Positions 54,691-64,000 of a DNA stretch of 64,000 nt are shown in pieces. The DNA lies in the NCBI GenBank assembly GCA_951406725.2, contig OX597820.1:49290001-49354000 (forward strand), written 5' to 3'. The notes below the pieces were generated by a model that saw only the letters and a list, made by a program, of their open reading frames with translations, made no database searches and was not told where the DNA came from. The stretch's first letter is position 1, and every line of letters starts with the position of its first letter. The position numbers and the translations under genes were made by a program. The DNA comes from Octopus vulgaris (lineage: Eukaryota).

Positions 54691-56091
54691 GATTAATGTG
54701 ATTTAACGACCATTTAGCTCATTTGTTGCCTTGAGTAGACCCCATAATGTTGCTTGAAAGCCTACCAGGTCTCTGGTGTGGGGATACACTCTCTATTTTC
54801 CTCCTACTGGTTTTAGAAGCCCTGTAAAAGTTCTTCATGAATCCTGCCTACACCCCTGACTAAAAGATGAAAAGAATCATGAGACGAAAATACAACAATA
54901 ACTGGTTAAAGATTTTCCAGAGGCTTTCAGAAGATACAATTTTCTTTGAACAAAGAAAGGTGACTTTTATCAACATTATTTCGTGGAACATTTGCACCAT
55001 AGAAAGGTCATTCTAATCATATGAAACAGAAATATAAATTCACTTCTATTTTGATTTATTTCTGTATGGTATCACATACTATAAAGAGTGCAAATGTTTC
55101 ATTGTGTATATACAAGACATTGTGTATATACGAGACAATTCCACTGTATCCATTTTAGGTGTGATTGAATTCTATGAGTTAGCACGTCGAATACATAAGA
55201 TGAAACATTTTGATACTTTGTATATATTGTAGTATTCAAAACTATCAAGATAAAAAGCAAAGGAGTATGATAACAATGATACGATATGTCTATGAGTTTC
55301 AGAGCACATAAATACAAACATGCGTGCATGGATACACGTTCGTGCGTGTACATACATACATAAATACAAATACGTATATTTGTGTGTAGGTGTGTGTGTG
55401 CGTGCGTATAGAAAAGGAAATAGGGAAACAGATAAATAGATAAATAGATTGATAGATGTATAATCAGACAGATAGATATGTAGATAGATAAGATATATGA
55501 TTGCATACATATATAAATACCTGCATACATACATGAATGCATACATGCATACAATTGGCAAGAGCAAAGTATAACCTAAAAGTAATGGAAATAAAGTAAA
55601 GGATTCTGTATTCAATATTTTGTTATTATATTGTGTAAATGACGACAGTCGAAATGTCACACATCCAATATGAATGTGAGAAAAAGATGATAGAAAGAAA
55701 GAAGCAAAATGGACGATTAAACGAAGGCTCAGATGTCATCAGAAAACAATAAAAGTAACTAAAACAAGCCAAAAAAAGAAATTGTACTAAAGGAGAAAAT
55801 AGAAAGAGAGAAAAAGAGAAAACTTAATATGAACGAGAAAAAAATGATGGACAAACTCAATAAATCTTTGCTAGACTATTAAGAAAGGAGTCGGTTGGAA
55901 CTGATAGGAACAATAAGAAATAAAAATGTAAAAGAATAACATAAGAAAACAAGAGATAATTCAAATATCTGAGAAACCACAGTGGTGTCCTGTTAGATGC
56001 TAATGTTTCTACGGTCATAAAATGGCGCTTTTAACTCAAAATGCATTATTGCACAGCTAAATGTCAACTATAGAGGTAATAACGATAGTAG

Positions 56092-56094
<3 letters not shown>

Positions 56095-56163
<69 letters not shown>

Positions 56164-56167
56164 CAAC

Positions 56168-56257
<90 letters not shown>

Positions 56258-56400
56258 AAGGAGGAGGAGGAGGAGGAGAAGAAGAAGAAGAAGAAGAAGA
56301 AGAAGAAGAAGAAGAAGAAGAAGAAGAAGAAGAAGAAGAAGAAGAAGAAGAAGAAGAAGAAGAAGAAGAAGAAGAAGAAGAAGAAATATAATAATAATAA
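56095..56400. repeat. Compound (AAT)n/(GAA)n microsatellite
   Basis: Direct reading. Confidence 0.97.
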
Positions 56401-56679
56401 CAGTAGCAATTAAAAATTTAAATTGAATTTTACATGAAACAAAAATTAGACAAACGCAATAAAATGCGCAACAAAAAATAATTGAGAAATCTTTTATAAT
56501 AATGTTTCTTTTTTACGTTTAGTTTTAGTTTTAGGTTTTAGGTTTTTAATGAGACATGAAACGCAGTCATGAAACAGAACACATAAGCTGATACAGAAGC
56601 TCTTATAACTGAACACACACACATACACAGACACAGACACACACACACATACACACACACACATACACACACACATACA

Positions 56680-56747
<68 letters not shown>

Positions 56748-56858
56748 AAGAAATTCTTGCAGACACAGAAATACAGACGCAAGAAGACACATAGAGGGAA
56801 TCTTAGGCAATAAGCAGAACTGTATATGAATATATAGAGAGGGAGAGGACCCTCTCAA

Positions 56859-56895
<37 letters not shown>

Positions 56896-56904
56896 AGAAC
56901 ACGC

Positions 56905-57100
56905 ACAAATATAGAGACACAGATTGATGCGAATTAAACAGAAAATGGCTCCACACACACACACTCACACACAAATAATATAGACTTACACTGATGCGAT
57001 TTAGATCGAAAACAGCTTCACACACACTCACATGCACACACAAATATAAATAGACACACACTGATGCAAATTACATCGAAATTGGCTTCACACAAAAACC
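56905..57100. repeat. Three-copy degenerate ~70-bp minisatellite
   Basis: ATAGA..CAC..TGATGC.A.TTA..(C/A)GAAA...GCT.CACAC at about 56910, 56980 and 57050. Confidence 0.75.
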
Positions 57101-57204
57101 TAACGCACACCCGAAAATATACACACACACAAACAGAACCCAGAGAAGGACACACGTGTGTAACCGTACACATGAAAATAAACAAGACAACGAAGTAGTG
57201 GGTG

Positions 57205-57378
57205 TCTTATATGGTCACTGAATACGTTAGAAATAGCAAGGAAGCTTTACTTCAGAGCATACCCTACCGACTTAACAAACGTTAAATATAAGTCCAATCC
57301 GAAATAAGATTGGATGGCCATGGTAGGAACGCTTTTGTCTCTTGCCTGTGAGAAAGGATTATGCCTAGAGGAAAATTA
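57205..57378 (+). mobile_element. Family E interspersed repeat
   Basis: ATGGTCACTGAATACGTTAGAAATAGCAAG...GGATGGCCATGGTAGGAACGCTTTTG. Confidence 0.6.
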
Positions 57379-57701
57379 CATCAACGTTAACAAGAATATC
57401 ATACATACATGCAAACAGACAGAGACACTCCCCACTACAGTCTGGTCCCACCTACATAGACACCAGTCAAAGTGATGCATCCAAAGTGTCACACACTCCA
57501 ATCTCACAGATATAACATACATCCACTGCCATCCACAAACATACACTCGTACGGTCTTTCGTGTACTCGCCTTCATACATTCGCATATAAGCACACGAGC
57601 ATACGCACATTCAAACGTAGACATTGACAAATAATATGCACATATACAGGCACGTGGACAGCTATATATATATGTGTGTGTATATATATATATATATATA
57701 T

Positions 57702-57769
<68 letters not shown>

Positions 57770-59243
57770 GCTTTTACACAGATGCAGATTACTTATGCAG
57801 ACACATTCACATACTTACATACATACACACACACATATATATATATGTGTGTGTGCGCGCGCGCGCGTGTGTGTACATAATACGCGCATACAAACATACA
57901 TACATACATAACACGTGCATGCACACGGGCAGAGCAATGAAAGTCACTACGTCTGAACTTACAAAAATAATAGAAAACAGCAAAATTAGTGAGAGAGACG
58001 CAGGAGAGAAATGGGTGAGACGCGGGAGAGAAGGGGAGAAAAGTGGGAGAGACGAGAGGAAGAAGTGGGTGGAAGTGGGAGAGACCAGGATGAAGTTGCT
58101 GGACTAATTGTGTGTCATAAATTCCGATAAGATGCCACGTCATACGTCAATCTAGAGCTGTAATTTCTACTTGATATTACAGGACTAATTTCCATCTAAA
58201 ACCAATGAAACGAGCCACTAAGAATTATTAAATGTCCAAATGACTGAGATGAGTTATTGTTTATGCAATTATAATTTTTGTTTTTATTATCTGCTTCAGT
58301 TTTAGAATTTTTTTTTTTAATGAACATTTACATTACGTTTCGATTGGTATAATCTATAGTGGTCATCAGGTGCCTTATTTATCCATACATGTTTTCATGC
58401 GAAATAGGTTTATTGCGTGTCCTCTAAAGTGCAGCAGCTCTGATTGAAATACATGTAATGTTCCCTCAGAAATAAGTCGTCCCTTTTTGACCCCCACTTG
58501 GCAGTCGGCTCCCATCCTTGGTTCCGTGAAGGAAGGTTCCTATCCGTGATTCCAAGTTGAAACCTTTTAAACGAGTAACAATAGGGACCCAGTGGAGCTT
58601 AATCTTAGAACAGAACCCTAGAAAATGAAATCTATTTTCAGTTAGCTATACAAAAGGATAAAGCTATACATAAATATCCTTGAATTTAAGAGAAAACAAT
58701 GCTCAACCCGGGTGATTGTTAAAGATTCATTCAACAAAGAATAAACACTTTTACTTTGTTATCTCCACTATCTAATTATTTTATGGTTACTACAATATCA
58801 TTTGCCCCTATGAAAAGCTCCACTCTAAAAGATGCCTAATTTCCCTAATTTCGTTTCGTGCTGTATTGTACGAAACCCGTCCGTTCTTGACTAGCTCCTC
58901 TCGTAACATATCAATTGTTCTTTCTTTTTGTGAAGAGGTTGATATCCATTTGCTCTAACCCCTTCATTTGTGGAGAAAGGAATTTATATATTATCACCAC
59001 AACTCTTCTCAAGGTACGAAATAGCCGATTCCATCATAGAGAGAAAGTGGAGAGGAAGTGAAAGATGGAGAAGTACCCTTGTGTCAGAGTGAAAGAGGGA
59101 AATTTATTTGTAGATTCCGAAAGTGGTGAGCGTCAAAGTTATCTTTTGCGGAGTTTGAACTCAGATTGCTGAGAGCCAAAACAAATAACACACAGTAATG
59201 ACTCCACTAGTATGCCATATTGCATGACACAATACTCAACTTA

Positions 59244-59487
59244 CTCCTCCTCGACTTACGACCTATGCGTCTTACGACCATCCGCAATTATGACCACAAA
59301 AAAATAAGAAAACAAAAAATAAAACCCAGGCATCCATTGCCTGCCACTGACTTTCACCCAGTCGCTTTCAAACATTAGTTGCGTTTCAATGAAAATAGTG
59401 TTCAAAAATATAATTTCGACATATAACAAGATCGACTTACGACCAGTCAGTCGGAACGAAACTCGGCCATAAGTCGAGGAGAAGGTG
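59244..59487. mobile_element. Tigger/pogo-like MITE
   Basis: TIRs CTCCTCGACTTACGACC and GGCCATAAGTCGAGGAG, TA on both sides, internal CTTACGACC repeats. Confidence 0.8.
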
Positions 59488-60029
59488 TATAAGTTTTGGA
59501 GTCAATGGCTAACGTAGGAGCACTAGTGGTAAAAAGGAAGTTGCGATAAAATGCAACACCAAAGTTGGGGGGCACATACCACTTCTCTTGTGTATAAGCA
59601 ATAAAAATACCATAATGCTTTTAGCCTTAAAAGATTATATGTAAATGAACACAAAAACAAGCTATAAAAGGAATATGAATAAAAACTGTCAGATTATTAT
59701 TGATAAATGTAACATTACCACCAAAAATAAATACCATTTTATGATGTATAATAGTGTGATCGAATCAGAAGCTGGGATGGAGATAATAACACGTACGTTG
59801 GTGTTTGCTAACGGTTAGCGTGATGTAGTTAAGTAACTTAGTATGGTAATGAATAAATAAAAGGAACTATCAAGAGTTTTGATTAGAAATATACGTATAT
59901 ACATTAATATATACGCTTATACATAAACATATGCATCCATTCTCTCTCACACACGCACATATATATATATATATATATACATGTACATTCATACACACAC
60001 ACGCACACACATATATGTACATCTGGGTG

Positions 60030-60210
60030 TATATGTATGTGTGTATGTATGTATGTATGTATTATGTATGTATGTATGCATGTATGTATGTATGTATGTA
60101 TGTATGTATGTATGTATGTATGTATGTATGCATGCATGCATGTATGTATGTATGTATGTATGTATGTATGTATGTATGTATGTATGTATGTATGTATGTA
60201 TGTATGTATG
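60030..60210. repeat. (TATG)n microsatellite
   Basis: Direct reading. Confidence 0.96.
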
Positions 60211-60528
60211 TCTTTGTGTGTATGTGATTTGCACAATAGAGATTTGATAATGTTTTGGAGTACGAATGGTTTGTTGAAAGATAGTTTACGTGTTTTTTTT
60301 TTTGTCCTTACATTTTTTTTCTTCTATTTTGTTGTGGCTTTCCTTTTATCTCGATCTAATTACTAGTTTAATTAAAAAGCATTGTAATTTGAGTAAAGCA
60401 GACGGCAGTATATAGTGAGGATGTGTTGAGCAGACCAGTGTGTGGATTGGATCAAAAATAATGGTAAGTAGAATTTCATGTTGGTGTTAAACGAGACGCT
60501 TCAATTAGAGAAATTCACCAATACCAAC

Positions 60529-60602
<74 letters not shown>

Positions 60603-61470
60603 TCTCACACACATAAACCGTTTCGCTTTCGGTTTCCTTCTCCTTTTTCATCTTTTTCACATTTTGCAGTCTTTCTTCTTCCTCATCAATCTCACTTCCC
60701 ACTTCACTTTTTTTTATATATATATTATTGCTTTCCTTTCCTCTTATTTTATTTTATTTTATTTTATTTTATTTTATTTTATTTTATTTCCGAAGAGATC
60801 ACTATTCGAAAGCAATGAACTAGTGAAATATGTTCAAGACAGCTGCTAGCTAGCATAGTGCTATACAAAGATCTAATTTAGTTGTCTGTTGTTTTAGAAT
60901 CTTGATCGCTTTTGGCTCAAAGAGGTAAACAATTATTCTGTAGTGGTCAAAGGTTAACTTATTTAGCCTATTGGAAAGAATTTGTTTGATTTGGTGCCAG
61001 CAACTGGAACAATTCTCCAATAATTTCCACTTGATAAAAATCTTTTGAAATTTTTTCATTAGTATGAATCTATATATGTTGACACCTCTCATTCTTAATG
61101 ATTTTTTCATGTTAGAGTAGAAAACAAAATTGCATTTTAACCCATTTAAAGTAATTTTTCAGTTAATACTATGCACGCGCACATAAGCAAAAAGTCAGAT
61201 AATTGTGACACAACAAAGTTATGCTAATAACTTTTACATTTAACTTGTAGATATGCGTGGATAACACCCATACATATATGTGTACATACACATACACATA
61301 TATATATGTATGTGTGTGTTTGTGCCTGTGCAACCAGTTGAGAATCTAGAGGGCAACGGACTCGACAGAACACATCAAAGAAATTATCTGTGCAGGAGCG
61401 CGACTGTATAGCAGAGGTATGAGAATGCATACGCATCGATATTTACTTACGCACACACACACACACACAT

Positions 61471-61519
<49 letters not shown>

Positions 61520-61543
61520 CATACATACATTCACACACACACA

Positions 61544-61625
<82 letters not shown>

Positions 61626-61819
61626 GGTGTGTGTGTGTGTACAAAGTGCCTGTATTTAAATTTATGTAAATTAACAAATAGAAGGCTGCCTTCTCTGTTA
61701 ACAAGTGAATGATATACATATATCTTATTTCACCGAGTAGGAAGGGAAAAGAATGCCAAGAACACCATTAATACAGCACCACCACTACCAATAGAAAACA
61801 ACAACAACATAGATGAAGG

Positions 61820-62000
61820 AACATGTGTGGTTGATTGACCCAGAAAAATAGCAGTCGAATTTCCGTGAAATCACACACGAACGTTTTATATAGAAGAACA
61901 CACTAGATAATGTTTACCAGAAGAATTGACGGAAACAATTTTTGATCATAGGTTTGTTTCCTCTAGCAGGACTGACCTAGGGCTAAAGAATAACAACAGC
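61820..62000 (+). mobile_element. Family E interspersed repeat
   Basis: AGAAAAATAGCAGTCGAATTTCCGTGAAATCACAC...TTTGATCATAGGT...CTGACCTAGGGCTAAAGAATAACAAC. Confidence 0.65.
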
Positions 62001-63020
62001 GATAGAAAAGCAACAGGGAGGAGAAGAACCAGACCAGCCACAACACTTCTCTCACTCTCCATCCTACCTGACGTTTGACATATTGTACTCTCCTCTACTC
62101 CTTTGACCTATGTCAGCGTAGTACAATATAATTGCTAGATCATATATCTACATTTAAATATCCTTAGAGATAGAACGTTTGGAAACAGAAGAAATTCGAC
62201 TGTGGAAGAATGAAATGAAGAAGAGAAGAAGAGGGTAAAAAAAAAACGAAGAATAGAAGTAGTAGAGAATGAGCGGTGGACGTCTTCAAATGAAGATAGA
62301 GAGAGAAGAGGGAGTTGTATATTGGCATTTTCTTGGAGGTTCCATACGAGTTAGTGTCTAAGTTGTAACACAATACCTGCATTGATGCCCAATTGGTCGC
62401 CTATGTATGTGTCTTTGTTTAGAAAGACGTATGAATATGTGTATTTATATTCTGTGTGAGTGTTTATGTTTGTGTGTGTGTATGAGCGTGCGTGAGTGCG
62501 TGTGCTTGTCTGTCTTTAATTCTCAGAGTGCACATGTAGTGACGTTGATCTTTATAGACGCAGGTCTGTTTCTGTTTAACTGTCTCTCTCACTCACTTTC
62601 TCTGTCTCTCACTCACTTCCTCTCTCTGTCTCTCACTCACTTCCTCTCTCTCTCACTCTCTACCTCTCTCTCTCACTCTCTTCCTTGCTCTCTTCTTTTC
62701 TCTCTCTATTTTTATGTCTCTTTCCCCTCTCTCAGTACGTTTATATATGTGTATGTGGTTGTGCGTGATAGTGATGCGTTTAAGTGTTCAAATATATCGT
62801 ATTTTATAAAGATGCATATTCATATATGCAAAAATATTTAGATATATGCGTATAGCTTTCCCCGCAAGTATATAGCTACGTGTATGATGAGTATGTGTAT
62901 GACTATATACATGCGTGTGTGTGTTGTTTGTATATACGCATCTTTATCTGTAAGATTATCATCAAAATCAGTGTTGTACTTACGTGCATATATACACACA
63001 TACGCACACACATATATATG

Positions 63021-63068
<48 letters not shown>

Positions 63069-63309
63069 AGCATATATGCGTACACAGACACAAACATACA
63101 CATACACGCACAAACACAAAACCATACACATACACATACACACACACACTCATGAAGCGAGAGAGATACAGGGAGAGAAAAAGATGTTTGTGTGAGTGTA
63201 CCTTTGAATATTTATTGCTCTGTATATACAAATTCATGTTATATATTATCCGGTCAGCTATATCATGTATAATGAAATTTATTTTAATATATATTTCTTA
63301 AAAAGATGC

Positions 63310-63575
63310 TGGCATCTCGTGGCCGTGAAGTGTTAGGGTTTTGGACACAATAATCATAAGATTGTGGCTGTTTCGACTCTTGGACTGGGTGCTGCTTTTT
63401 GTTCTTGAACTATACCTTTCATTTCACGTTGATCCATTCTACTCACCTAGTAGAAATGAATATTCCTGCGAGGTATCTCAGTCTTGTTCAGAGGGGGTGG
63501 GTGTATATACCATAGAAAATCTAGGAAACCGGTCATATGTGTCAATATGACTCGAGAAGGAGTTTTATCCTTTAT
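63310..63575 (+). mobile_element. SINE-D, degraded
   Basis: GTGGCCGTGAAGTGTTAGGG head, TTTCGACTC, GTTCTTGAAC...TTTCATTTCACGTTGATCCA core, GGAAACCGG tail. Confidence 0.7.
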
Positions 63576-64000
63576 CTGAAAGAGACAGAGGTTACTTAAA
63601 TATTTCAATGTATATTTCGAATAAAAGAAATTACTAGGTGACTCTTCGTGTCATTTAATAAAATTCCTCTCATTTTCATCTTTCAATTATGCTACTTTCA
63701 ACATGACGTCCAGAGTCAAATGATTCGCTTCCATTTACATTATCTTGGATTAGACGATCATACTTGCACTTGTTTACAGTTATAACTTATATTAAAGGTC
63801 ATTCAACTCACACATTTTGTTGGAGACAATACTTACCTGTAGTAACTCTTCTTGACCATTACCTATCGTAATACACCTTGTTAACTTCTTCATTGTAAGT
63901 AAATATTACATTTCAAGAATAATCTCCATGCCGTTATCGAGTTCTTGACAAAAGAGAAGTACATGGTATCCATAGATCGCTACAAGCTCTCAATGGAGAT

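Noticed and set aside
54740-55010. INIISWNICTI, resembling the WNVRT start of an APE endonuclease (RTE-type 5' end)
   Set aside because: A single short motif with no downstream continuation.
56905-57100. CRISPR-like repeat-spacer pattern
   Set aside because: Eukaryotic context, degenerate repeats, low-complexity related spacers and no cas genes.
63828-63950. Strong minus-strand splice donor (CAG|GTAAGT) with a possible upstream acceptor
   Set aside because: All three frames of the putative exon contain stops, and there is no supporting evidence without RNA data.

Overview
AT-rich, microsatellite-dense eukaryotic DNA. The repeat landscape (tRNA-derived SINEs, CR1-, Dong/R4-, Tx1- and Penelope-like retroelement remnants, a Helitron, Tigger/hAT MITEs) resembles an octopus (coleoid cephalopod) genome; that taxonomic call is recognition from memory, not a search result. 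I found no host protein-coding exon, so the window is probably intergenic or inside a large intron. Almost all ORFs in the supplied track are microsatellite or SINE artefacts. The only long real ORF is a CR1-group LINE reverse transcriptase on the minus strand (10019-11488), open until it meets a 100-N gap. The best leads are retroelement biology: (1) the LINE 3' terminus is shared with an abundant SINE; (2) there are Penelope-type hammerhead ribozyme motifs, one with an intact catalytic core; (3) a tRNA-headed element carries a hammerhead-like tail; (4) a SINE is propagated as a permuted ~390-nt dimer/multimer; (5) SINE heads, cores and tails are shuffled modularly. SINE-A to SINE-D and family E are my working labels. 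No clearly new gene system can be supported from the sequence alone.
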